64,000 nt of DNA from NCBI GenBank assembly GCA_964587425.1, contig CAZPLB010000004.1, positions 3,197 to 67,196 of the forward strand. The letters run 5' to 3'. A program made the translations under genes and the position numbers. Of this stretch, positions 19,899 through 28,913 are shown piece after piece; position 1 is the stretch's first letter, and the number at the start of each line of letters is the position of its first letter. Under the pieces are notes generated by a model. It was not told the origin of the DNA, did not search any database, and saw only the letters and a program-made list of their open reading frames with translations. Source of the DNA: an uncultured Gammaproteobacteria bacterium (lineage in GTDB: Bacteria; Patescibacteriota; Microgenomatia; UBA8517).

Positions 19899-21062
19899 AT
19901 GGCAAAAAGTGATGATTATGTGAAGAAATTAGAGAAGGTTTCTGGGATGACACAAGAGGAGGCAAAGAAGGCTCTTCTTGATGAAGTACAGAAAGATTTA
20001 ACTTCTGAAATTGCAAAAAAGATTAGACAAGCAGAAGAGAGAATAAAGCTTGAAGCTAATGAAAAAGCAAGGGAAATATTAATCGATGCAATGAAACACG
20101 GCGCTACTACATACAGTGCTGAATTTACTATTTCTACAGTTGCTGTTCCATCTGAGGAGGTTAAGGGAAGAATCATAGGTCGAGAAGGACGTAACATTCG
20201 AACATTCGAAAAAGAGACTGGAGTTGAAATTGAAATTGATGAAGCAAACATAATTCGCTTGTCTTCTTTTGATTCAATTAGGCGAGAAATTGCAAGGCGT
20301 GCACTTGAAATGTTGATTAAAGATACGAGGATTCAGCCATCTCGAATTGAGGAAGTGGTGAAGCAAGTTAGAAGCAGCATGGAGGATGTTCTAATTGAAG
20401 AAGGTAAAAAGATCTGTGCAGAATGTGGTGTATTTAACCTTCCACTTGAACTAGTTAAACTTATAGGACGCTATAGATTTAGAACTTCTTATGGACAAAA
20501 TCTCGGAATTCATACAATTGAAGAGACTAAGATTGGTGTTTCTATTGCTCAGGAACTTGGAGCTGATGTTGAGGTTGTTCGAATGGGATGTTTACTACAC
20601 GATATTGGAAAGGTTGTTACTGAAGAGGAAGGAACACACGTACAAGTTGGAGTATCTGTTTTAAAGCGACTTGGCATGCCAAAGGGAGTAGTTAATGCTG
20701 TAGCTGAGCATCATGAAGACAAACCATTTTCAGCGATTGAATCAGTAATTGTTTGGACGGCTGATGCGATTTCAGGGTCACGACCTGGAGCACGTTACGA
20801 ACCACATGAAGAATATGTAAAAAGAATGACTAAGATTGAGGAAGTTGCAGGGAGATTCCCTGGAGTTACTTCAGCAATTGCATTCCAAGCAGGTCGGGAT
20901 GTTCGAGTTGTAGTTAATCCAGAAGAAGTGGATGATGATAGATTAACAATAATTGCTCATGATATTGCAAAGGAACTTGAAAAAGAAGCCAGTTATGCAG
21001 GACAGATCAAAGTAACTGTGATTCGTGAAACCAGAGCAACGGACACAACGGCGGCTCATTGA
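19899..21062 (+). CDS. rny: Ribonuclease Y lacking the N-terminal membrane anchor
   Basis: KH domain KGRIIGREGRNIR; HD domain RTSYGQN..H, LLHDIGK, ADAISGSRPGAR. Confidence 0.95.
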   Translation: MAKSDDYVKKLEKVSGMTQEEAKKALLDEVQKDLTSEIAKKIRQAEERIKLEANEKAREILIDAMKHGATTYSAEFTISTVAVPSEEVKGRIIGREGRNIRTFEKETGVEIEIDEANIIRLSSFDSIRREIARRALEMLIKDTRIQPSRIEEVVKQVRSSMEDVLIEEGKKICAECGVFNLPLELVKLIGRYRFRTSYGQNLGIHTIEETKIGVSIAQELGADVEVVRMGCLLHDIGKVVTEEEGTHVQVGVSVLKRLGMPKGVVNAVAEHHEDKPFSAIESVIVWTADAISGSRPGARYEPHEEYVKRMTKIEEVAGRFPGVTSAIAFQAGRDVRVVVNPEEVDDDRLTIIAHDIAKELEKEASYAGQIKVTVIRETRATDTTAAH

Positions 21063-21103
21063 CTTTAGGTTCATTTTAATTTAATCTAAACCCAATTTAC
21101 AAC

Positions 21104-21379
21104 ATGACACAAAAAGATTTAGTTGATTTGGTTAGTCGGAAGGCACATATTACAAAAAAAGGTGCAAACGAGGCAGTCGAAGTTTTTTTGGATGAGATTG
21201 GACGCATATTGGCTAAGGGGGAGAAAGTGGTTCTTAGCGGGTTTGGAACTTTCAGAGTTATATCAATGAAAGGTAAAACTGTAAAGATTCCAAAGACTGA
21301 AAAGTTTGTAACAATTAAATCACACAGGTCTCCAAGATTTACTCCAGGAAAGAGATTAAAGAAACAAGTAAGTAGATAA
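21104..21379 (+). CDS. hup: HU family DNA-binding protein
   Basis: GEKVVLSGFGTF, PRFTPGKRLK. Confidence 0.92.
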   Translation: MTQKDLVDLVSRKAHITKKGANEAVEVFLDEIGRILAKGEKVVLSGFGTFRVISMKGKTVKIPKTEKFVTIKSHRSPRFTPGKRLKKQVSR

Positions 21380-21408
21380 GGTTTTTTTTTGCTATACTTA
21401 AATAGATT

Positions 21409-23286
21409 ATGAAACGGCTTTGTTTTTTGCTATTTTTGCTTGTGTTTTCAGTGTTTTTTTACCTTGCTATCCCAGTAGCTAACATCCAAGCATATTACAC
21501 CAATATGCCAGCAAGTGTGGTTATTGGCCAGCCCGATTTTGTTTCCGGTTTAGCCAATCAAGGTGGAAGTGTAGGATCTAATACACTTAATACACCTGGT
21601 TATTTCGCAAATGTACTGAATGGGAAACTTATAATTCCAGATCAGCTCAATAATCGTATTCTAATTTGGAATTCTATTCCTACAAGAAATAATTCGTCTG
21701 CAAACATTGTCATTGGTCAACCAGATTTCGTAAGTAGCAGTGCTAACCAAGGTGGTGGAACAACTGCTGCAGCAAACACAATGAATACTCCTGTAGGAGT
21801 ATTTTCTGATGGAAATAAACTTTTTGTTGCTGACAATACAAATAATAGAATATTGATTTACAATTCCACTCCGACCACAAACAATGCCTCTGCAGATGTT
21901 GTTATAGGACAGTCTAATTTTTCTGCAAGTACTGCTAATCAGGGAGGGACTCGCGCGGCCAATACTCTTAATCGCCCAGAGGAAATAATAGAAGTTGGAA
22001 ACAAATTGATAATTTCCGACTTCTCAAATAACCGTGTTCTCATTTGGAACTCCATCCCTACGACAAACAATGCTTCTGCAGATGTTGTTATTGGGCAAAC
22101 AGACTTTTCTGGTGGGTCAATTAACCAAGGTGGTAATGCTGGAGCTAACACACTTAATAGGCCGAGTGGTTTAGCTAGTGATGGTACAAGACTCTTTATT
22201 GTTGATACACAAAACAACCGTGTACTTATCTATAATTCCATACCTACAACAAACAATGCCTCTGCAGATGTGGTAATAGGTCAACCAAACTTTACAAGCA
22301 ATAGCGCCAATCAGGGCGGATCTGCTTCTGCAAACACTTTTAATGTTCCAGCATCAATTTTTTTAGATAATAAAAATCGTATATATATTAGTGACTATGT
22401 CAACAATCGTCTTATGATTTACAACTCCATTCCAAGTAACAATAATATACCTGCAGATATAGTTTTAGGTCAACCAGACTTTATAACTACCTCATCAGGA
22501 ACAACAACCAATAAAATGAATCCGCCTTTTGGAGTGGCAATTGATTCATCAACAGGTAAACTGATTGTTTCCGACAGAACAAACCACCGCATCCTCATAT
22601 TCCCTAACACCATAGACACACCTCAATTAAGTATTACCACTCCTCTTGAAACTGTAAACAACACAACTCTCAGAGTAAAAGGAAGTGTCCAGTTGGGAGA
22701 TAGACCAAACTACTCTATGCAGTGGGTAAAGTCAGAGATTAACGGTAATGGTCTTGGTAATGTAACCAGTTTGGGTGGAGGAAGAGACAATGGAACCAAT
22801 CAAACTCTGTATGACTTCGAGAATGTTTTTAATCCCACAGTAAATGGAGGAACCACCACTAACTACACAATGAAGCTAGTAGCCAGTAGTTTCAATGCAG
22901 ATACCACATCTCTTTTCTACTTTCAACCATTTACCTTTGAATATATAAGAAGAACCAATCCAACCCTACCAATAACAAAACAATCCCTCAACATCTCATT
23001 CCTTGTCAACAAACTAAATATCCAGAGAATGAAAGACAATGTTGATCATTTTGAAGTTCTCACCTCTACTGATTCAGGTAAACTCTGGAGACCTCTCACA
23101 ACAAACATATCTACAGACAAAATCAGTGAGCAGGGACAGATATATTTCACAATCTCAAACACATTACTTCCAGGTACAAAATATCAAATTAAAGTAGTAT
23201 CCATAAGTAAGGACAGTAACTGGAGGCAGGACAGTAATATACTTACTTACTTTGTTCCTCAGAAGAAGGTGGGAATAAGTCGTTAA
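21409..23286 (+). CDS. Secreted NHL-repeat (beta-propeller) protein
   Basis: Signal peptide; about six 62-aa repeats NNRxLIxNSIPTxNNASADVVIGQxxF..NQGG..ANTLN.P. Confidence 0.8.
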   Translation: MKRLCFLLFLLVFSVFFYLAIPVANIQAYYTNMPASVVIGQPDFVSGLANQGGSVGSNTLNTPGYFANVLNGKLIIPDQLNNRILIWNSIPTRNNSSANIVIGQPDFVSSSANQGGGTTAAANTMNTPVGVFSDGNKLFVADNTNNRILIYNSTPTTNNASADVVIGQSNFSASTANQGGTRAANTLNRPEEIIEVGNKLIISDFSNNRVLIWNSIPTTNNASADVVIGQTDFSGGSINQGGNAGANTLNRPSGLASDGTRLFIVDTQNNRVLIYNSIPTTNNASADVVIGQPNFTSNSANQGGSASANTFNVPASIFLDNKNRIYISDYVNNRLMIYNSIPSNNNIPADIVLGQPDFITTSSGTTTNKMNPPFGVAIDSSTGKLIVSDRTNHRILIFPNTIDTPQLSITTPLETVNNTTLRVKGSVQLGDRPNYSMQWVKSEINGNGLGNVTSLGGGRDNGTNQTLYDFENVFNPTVNGGTTTNYTMKLVASSFNADTTSLFYFQPFTFEYIRRTNPTLPITKQSLNISFLVNKLNIQRMKDNVDHFEVLTSTDSGKLWRPLTTNISTDKISEQGQIYFTISNTLLPGTKYQIKVVSISKDSNWRQDSNILTYFVPQKKVGISR

Positions 23287-23313
23287 TTTGTAACTTCGTG
23301 ATAAAATGGTTCA

Positions 23314-24024
23314 ATGGAAAGTAAAAGAGGTAGAGAAGTTCATGCACAAGTAGAGCATACCAGAGAAGCTGGCGACTTTTGGGAATCTATAAAAATTGCT
23401 CAGGATGCAATTCGAATTTATGAGGAAGAGAAAGATTATTTAGGTCTTTCTGAAATACACGGTTCAATCTCACTCGCCTATAGGCATTTATACAGGAAGA
23501 CTTCAGAGAAAAATTTTTTAGTTTTGGCTGAGGGCGCGGCAACTGTTGGAATTGAAATTGCAAAGATAAATGGATTACTTGAAGCGGTTGCTTTACCGAC
23601 TTTTAATTTGGCAAAAGTTCAAGAAGAGTTGGGACAACTTGGTGAAGCAAGTGTAACCTATCAGGGTGCAGTAGATGCGTTTATTAAGAACCCACCAGAA
23701 TCTCACAATAGGCCTGGAGTTATTGCTGATATGAAAGTTCATCTTTATACATGTAAATATAAAGCTGGAGACAAAAGTGCTCTTGATGAAGCATTAGTTT
23801 CTTTAAAAGAACTTGAAGAATCTGATGAGAAGACCGTTTCAAAATATAATTATGATGTTTGGCTATCTGGAGGACACATGAGAATTGCTGAAATGTTGGA
23901 AAAAGATGATCTGGGAAAAGCAAAGGAACATTTGGAAGAAGCTAAAGTGATAATTTTTTCTAACCCAGAACTCAAAATTAGAAAAGAACAGTGGGAAGAA
24001 TTGGCTAAGACTTTCAATGCGTAA
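23314..24024 (+). CDS. Hypothetical helical (TPR-like) protein
   Basis: Full-length ORF with TPR-like patterns (FNLAKVQEELGQLGEA..YQ.A); overlaps the miaA start. Confidence 0.6.
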   Translation: MESKRGREVHAQVEHTREAGDFWESIKIAQDAIRIYEEEKDYLGLSEIHGSISLAYRHLYRKTSEKNFLVLAEGAATVGIEIAKINGLLEAVALPTFNLAKVQEELGQLGEASVTYQGAVDAFIKNPPESHNRPGVIADMKVHLYTCKYKAGDKSALDEALVSLKELEESDEKTVSKYNYDVWLSGGHMRIAEMLEKDDLGKAKEHLEEAKVIIFSNPELKIRKEQWEELAKTFNA

Positions 24025-24886
24025 ACTTCTTGTAATCTGTGGGCCTACTGCTACAGGGAAAACAACACTTGCTCTTCACTTGGCTAAAAAATTTGACGGC
24101 GAAGTAATTTCTGCTGATAGTAGGCAAGTGTATAAACATATGAGAATTGGGACGGGGAGAGGTAATGAAAAAATCCTAGGATATGATTTAGTAAATCCAA
24201 ATGAAGAATTTAGTGTTAGCCAATACTTGGATTTTGCAAACAAAGCAGTTCAAGAAATTTACCTAGAGGGTAAGTTGCCTATTCTGGTTGGAGGGACAGG
24301 ACTTTATATAAAGGCAGTTGTTGATGGAATTGATACAGCTCTTATTCCACAAAACAAAGGATTAAGGGAAAAATTGTTCCAGAAAAATGTTAATGAACTT
24401 TTTCAAATTTTAAAGAAAATTGATTCTGGGAAAGTGGACTCAATGAATGAGTCTGACAAAAAAAACCCAAGAAGATTAATAAGGGCGATTGAAATTGCAA
24501 ATGATAGATCTCTTATTTTTGATAAACATCCCCAATCACAATATGACACACTTTTTATTGGACTTAGTGCACCAAAAGAAACTTTGAAAGAAAGAATTGA
24601 AAAAAATGTTGATGAAAGAATCAAAAATGATTTTGAAAAAGAAATTGAGTATTTGAAAAAGAATGGTTTTTGGGAAGGTGTGCCAAGAGTTACTTTGGGG
24701 TATAAAGATTGGCCTGATATTGAAAGATGGAAACTTGAGGAATTTCAGTATGCAAAGCGGCAGATAACATGGTTTAAAGCGAATAAGCGCATTAATTGGT
24801 TTGATATAACAAAGTTGGGATACCAAGAAAAGGTGGAGAAATTGGTAAAAAAATGGTACATTAAGGCAAATGCCAAGAAAAATTGA
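24017..24886 (+). CDS. miaA: tRNA dimethylallyltransferase
   Basis: GPTATGKT, ISADSRQVY, VGGTGLY, RRLIRAIE, YAKRQITWF. Confidence 0.96.
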   Translation: MRKLLVICGPTATGKTTLALHLAKKFDGEVISADSRQVYKHMRIGTGRGNEKILGYDLVNPNEEFSVSQYLDFANKAVQEIYLEGKLPILVGGTGLYIKAVVDGIDTALIPQNKGLREKLFQKNVNELFQILKKIDSGKVDSMNESDKKNPRRLIRAIEIANDRSLIFDKHPQSQYDTLFIGLSAPKETLKERIEKNVDERIKNDFEKEIEYLKKNGFWEGVPRVTLGYKDWPDIERWKLEEFQYAKRQITWFKANKRINWFDITKLGYQEKVEKLVKKWYIKANAKKN

Positions 24887-25853
24887 GATATCACACCGGA
24901 CTATTGTTTTTACTTTCTTTTTGTTTGGATTGGTTTGGTTTTTGTATCAAATCAGGGATTTAATTCTTATTCTTTTTGTTGCTCTTCTTTTGGTTACAAT
25001 TTTAAACCCTTTAATTAAAAAGCTTTCCAGATTAAAAATTCCAAGAGGGGTTTCTATTTTGATTGTTTATCTTCTTTTTATTGTTTTGACGGTTTTGACA
25101 ATTGCAAGCATTGTTCCAGTTCTTGTTGTTCAGACTTCAAATTTTGCAACAGGACTCCCAGCGTACTTCGAAAGCTTAAATGTTGGTTCTGTTTTGGGGC
25201 CTAATGTTTCAAATCAAATTGTTTCACAGTTGGGTAGTATCCCAGGAGAGATAGTGCAACTTATTGTTTCAATTTTTTCAAATTTACTGTCAATTTTAAC
25301 TGTTCTTACTTTTGCTTTTTACCTACTCTTGGTTCGCAATAAATTGGATACTCAGTTATCAACTTTCTTGGGAGATGAAAAAGCAGGTCGGGTTGTTAAG
25401 TTTGTTGATGAACTCGAGGTAAAACTTGGTGGATGGGCAAGAGGACAACTTTTTTTGATGTTAACCGTTGGAGTATTGGATTACCTTGGAATGAAACTTT
25501 TGGGTGTTCCTTATGCCCTGCCTCTTGGAATTTTGGCAGGACTTCTTGAGGTTGTTCCATATATTGGGCCAGTTTTGGCTGCTATTCCAGCTATTATTAT
25601 TGGATTTGGAGTAATGCCTGTGGTTGGTATTGCTACAGCTGTGGTTGCGTTTTTGATTCAACAGATTGAAAACTACATTCTTGTTCCAAAAATAATGGAG
25701 AGATCTGTTGGTGTTTCCCCGATTATTGTTTTACTTGCATTAAGTATTGGTTTTCGTATGGCTGGAATTGCTGGAATTTTAATTTCGATTCCTGTTGTTA
25801 TTACTCTTCGAGTATTGGCCGGACAGAAATTCCTAAAGCTATCCAAAATATAA
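24870..25853 (+). CDS. AI-2E (PerM) family transporter
   Basis: WARGQL, LEVVPYIGP, QQIENYILVPKIM..VGVSP. Confidence 0.92.
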   Translation: MPRKIEISHRTIVFTFFLFGLVWFLYQIRDLILILFVALLLVTILNPLIKKLSRLKIPRGVSILIVYLLFIVLTVLTIASIVPVLVVQTSNFATGLPAYFESLNVGSVLGPNVSNQIVSQLGSIPGEIVQLIVSIFSNLLSILTVLTFAFYLLLVRNKLDTQLSTFLGDEKAGRVVKFVDELEVKLGGWARGQLFLMLTVGVLDYLGMKLLGVPYALPLGILAGLLEVVPYIGPVLAAIPAIIIGFGVMPVVGIATAVVAFLIQQIENYILVPKIMERSVGVSPIIVLLALSIGFRMAGIAGILISIPVVITLRVLAGQKFLKLSKI

Positions 25854-27015
25854 TTTCTTCAGCTGACGAGATGATATTGGTCTGTGAGTGCATTATAAAT
25901 AAAAGGAATACCAGAAAGAAGTATTTGTCTTTTTTGTAAAGAAGTTTGCCCCCACGAATAATAACTGCGAGATATAGGATTAATCCAAATATTCCAGTTG
26001 TTGTCGCAATTTCTATAATTGTTGAATGGGGTTTGTCCACATATACATCATTTCCAAGCTTTATCGGCCAGTCAATTGATGTGAAGAGGTAGTCAAAATT
26101 TGCCCATCCCCAACCAAGGAGTGGCTTTTCTCGAAAACCAATGAGTGCTTTGGCGAAGATTCTTGTTCTGCCTTCAGCTGTAATTCTATCCGGTACTATA
26201 TGACTTTTAAATTGCTGGAGGAAGAATACAGTACCTACTGCGAAGGTAATTAAGGAGACAGCTATTATGATTTTTTTGTACCTATTTTTTTGGAGAATGG
26301 CAAAAGCTATGAAAAAAATAGGTATTCCCAGGATTGATGCTCTAGAGTTAGTCAGTAATATTGATAAAATTTGGAGGATCAGGGAGACTATCCAGGCAAG
26401 CTTTAGTTTATTTCTTGAGTTTACTATTTGAAAAAGGGTTAGCGGCATTGCGACAAGAAGGTACCCTCCTAGGAAGTTTGGTTGGCCAAAGGTTCCACCT
26501 ATGGCACCCTCAAAATTTATGATGTTTTGGTGAAGTACGAAGAATCTTAATGCGTCTGTTAGTGCCCAAATTGCTGCAAGCGTACTTCCCAGGGCAATTG
26601 AGGCTGAGAGTACTTTTTTCCAGCTATTTTGACCAAGAAGGGCGATTAGGTAAAAAAGGAGGAGAAAGTGACCAAAAGTTATGAGGCCATCACTCCTATA
26701 GTAGTTGCCTGTGAGACTTTTAACAAAGTTACTGCCTGTGAGGGCGGTTATAATTGCTACTACAAAAAGGAGGTTAACTGAGATTAGCAGTTTTGTATCA
26801 ATTTTTCCTTTTTTTATTTTAAGAAGATTTATAATCCCAATGACTGCAAGTACTTCAATTAGGCGCATTATGAACCAAACTCTTGGTACTTCGTAGGGAA
26901 CTGGTGCAGTAGGCCAAAAGATTAGCGGAGACAAGATAAGTCCCAACGAAAGAATTGTCAGAAAAGCCCCTGTTTTCTTGATTATTTTGATATAGTCTGA
27001 TACAATACCGGTCAC
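25801..27015 (-). CDS. O-antigen ligase / O-oligosaccharyltransferase family (Wzy_C)
   Basis: GTFGQPNFLGGYL, TNSRAS, R..IF..A...F..KPLLGWGW, DKPHS. Confidence 0.85.
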   Translation of the reverse strand: MTGIVSDYIKIIKKTGAFLTILSLGLILSPLIFWPTAPVPYEVPRVWFIMRLIEVLAVIGIINLLKIKKGKIDTKLLISVNLLFVVAIITALTGSNFVKSLTGNYYRSDGLITFGHFLLLFYLIALLGQNSWKKVLSASIALGSTLAAIWALTDALRFFVLHQNIINFEGAIGGTFGQPNFLGGYLLVAMPLTLFQIVNSRNKLKLAWIVSLILQILSILLTNSRASILGIPIFFIAFAILQKNRYKKIIIAVSLITFAVGTVFFLQQFKSHIVPDRITAEGRTRIFAKALIGFREKPLLGWGWANFDYLFTSIDWPIKLGNDVYVDKPHSTIIEIATTTGIFGLILYLAVIIRGGKLLYKKDKYFFLVFLLFIMHSQTNIISSAEEIIFWIALGISVRPILEE

Positions 27016-27028
27016 AGTTTAATTGTAT

Positions 27029-28009
27029 ATGATTAATGACTTTGTGACAAAATTTAAGATAGTGAGTTTTAGCCAGAAGCTGTTTTTGGCTTCATTTGTG
27101 GCTGTTTTTGGCTTAGTGACAACTACATTGGTTTTGGGACTTCCAGTTTTTTCATCTTTTTATCCTGTAACTGCTCCTATTACACCACCTGTAACATCAC
27201 CAGTTACGCCACCTAACCCAACTATTACTCCTACAACTAAACCTACTTTTCAGGCTACACCTACACCTGTTGCGACTCCAACGTCTACACCTATAGTTCC
27301 TACACCAACTTCTACACCAGTACCTACTATTCAGCCTACATTGACGCCAGCGCCTACCAATGTACCCACAGCAACACCGACACCTACATCTACTCCCTCA
27401 GCTACTCCAACACCATTTGTGCCTACACCTACACCTGTTGTGCCTACGGCTACACCAATAGCTACTTCTACACCAACTGCAACTCCTACACCAACACCAC
27501 CTGTTGTCTCAAATTATTTGATTAACGGTTCATTTGAGGCTGATTTGGATAGGAATTCAATGCCTGATTCATGGAGGAGAACATTGGGAACAAATTATAT
27601 GCTTGATGTACGCACAAATGCATATGCATTTGGTGGGGCATTTTCATTTAAGTTTGTTGGTGACGTGACTACTAGCAAATATGTTTACCAGAAGGTTGGG
27701 CAATCTTTTGGCGCTGGCCAAACCTTCTACCTTTCAAGCTGGGTGAAAGCTGTTAGTACAAATACAACTGGACTTATTCAGACTAAAGCAGTGGTTACAT
27801 ATAAAGATGGGACAATTGGGACTTTTGTAAGCAATTTCCCAAGAGGTGGAAGCTATAACTGGACTAATAGAACTATATCTTTTACTTTGCCAAAGAGCTC
27901 TGCCTACATTACAGTTTATTCAGGGATTGTGAAGCAGTCTGGAAGGGTCTATTTTGATAGCATAGTACTTGCAAGTACGCTTCCAACACCTACTCCTTCT
28001 CTACCTTAA
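27029..28009 (+). CDS. Membrane-anchored Pro/Thr-rich protein with C-terminal CBM4/9-like domain
   Basis: N-terminal TM, about 110-aa PT linker, NYLINGSFE...LSSWVK...WT...VYFDSI jelly-roll pattern; start uncertain. Confidence 0.7.
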   Translation: MINDFVTKFKIVSFSQKLFLASFVAVFGLVTTTLVLGLPVFSSFYPVTAPITPPVTSPVTPPNPTITPTTKPTFQATPTPVATPTSTPIVPTPTSTPVPTIQPTLTPAPTNVPTATPTPTSTPSATPTPFVPTPTPVVPTATPIATSTPTATPTPTPPVVSNYLINGSFEADLDRNSMPDSWRRTLGTNYMLDVRTNAYAFGGAFSFKFVGDVTTSKYVYQKVGQSFGAGQTFYLSSWVKAVSTNTTGLIQTKAVVTYKDGTIGTFVSNFPRGGSYNWTNRTISFTLPKSSAYITVYSGIVKQSGRVYFDSIVLASTLPTPTPSLP

Positions 28010-28061
28010 TTTAGCATCTAAAAGTGAGCCTGAAGTTGGCTAATTATGGTATAATGGTCTT

Positions 28062-28361
28062 GCTCTGGAGGAAGGATGATTACTGCGTTTGGGGCAACTT
28101 AGGCGTAGAGGAAAGTCCAGGCAGCAGAAAGCAGGGTGTCCCAGTTAAAGTGGGAACACGAGCCCGAAAGGGCGAGTGCTAGTTTAGAGCCACAGAGACG
28201 AGTCTTTTGTTTCTCTAAAGGAAACAAAGGGGTGAAACGAAGCAATCCTTCCCGCTGCAACCTCCGAATGGTCCGTTTGAGGCGCTTTCCCGAGGACCGA
28301 AGATTGAGGGCTAAGACAGATGATCATCTGAAACAGAACCTGGCTTACTACCCTTCAGAGC
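28062..28361 (+). ncRNA. rnpB: RNase P RNA (compact, about 300 nt)
   Basis: GAGGAAAGTCCAGG (CR I), CCACAGAGACG, GGTGAAACG, AGATGAT, ACAGAACCTGGCTTA (CR V); P1 GCTCTGGAG/CTTCAGAGC; TGgTATAAT at 28047-28055. Confidence 0.95.
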
Positions 28362-28372
28362 ATTTATAGATT

Positions 28373-28400
28373 GGGCTCACGCAAAACGTGAGCCCTTCTT
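28373..28400 (+). terminator. Intrinsic terminator of rnpB
   Basis: GGGCTCACG-CAAAA-CGTGAGCCC followed by TTCTT. Confidence 0.7.
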
Positions 28401-28417
28401 CTTGGTATAATACCCTC

Positions 28418-28861
28418 ATGCGTTTAGTCATTCAGAGAGTAAATAGGGCAAAAGTAACAGTTCATGGAACACGTCGGGTAGTGGGTGAAATTGGGAAAGG
28501 GCTGTTTGTTTTGGTAGGGATTAAAAAAGGAGACAGTGTAAAGCAAGCTGAAACTCTGGCTCACAAATTAGTGAAACTTAGAGTAATGGCTGACTCCGAT
28601 GACAAAATGAATTTATCTGTTCTTGATGCAAAAGCTTCCATTTTGGCAGTTTCTCAATTTACTTTATATGCAGATACAACTGGTGGAAATAGACCGAGCT
28701 TTATTGATGCAGAACTTCCAGAAAAAGCTAGGGAAATTTACAATTTTTTTGTAGAAAAAGTAAGAGAATTGGGTGTGAAAACTGAGATGGGAAGTTTTGG
28801 CAGCTATATGAAAATTGAAGCAGAGTTGGATGGTCCAGTTACAATCACTCTTGAATATTAA
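28418..28861 (+). CDS. dtd: D-aminoacyl-tRNA deacylase
   Basis: MRLVIQRV, VSQFTLYA, GNRPSF, DGPVT; start moved to ATG 28418. Confidence 0.96.
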   Translation: MRLVIQRVNRAKVTVHGTRRVVGEIGKGLFVLVGIKKGDSVKQAETLAHKLVKLRVMADSDDKMNLSVLDAKASILAVSQFTLYADTTGGNRPSFIDAELPEKAREIYNFFVEKVRELGVKTEMGSFGSYMKIEAELDGPVTITLEY

Positions 28862-28913
28862 ACAGCTTTTTAATTGACCCCAAATAGTTGTTGTAAAAGA
28901 TTGGATTAATTTG

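Noticed and set aside
27160-27505. Short ACACC/ACTCC-rich repeats
   Set aside because: These are codons of a Pro/Thr linker, not a CRISPR array or satellite DNA. No repeat-spacer array or cas gene was seen in the window.
28136-28369. 77-aa ORF in the track
   Set aside because: It lies almost entirely within the RNase P RNA gene and is spurious.
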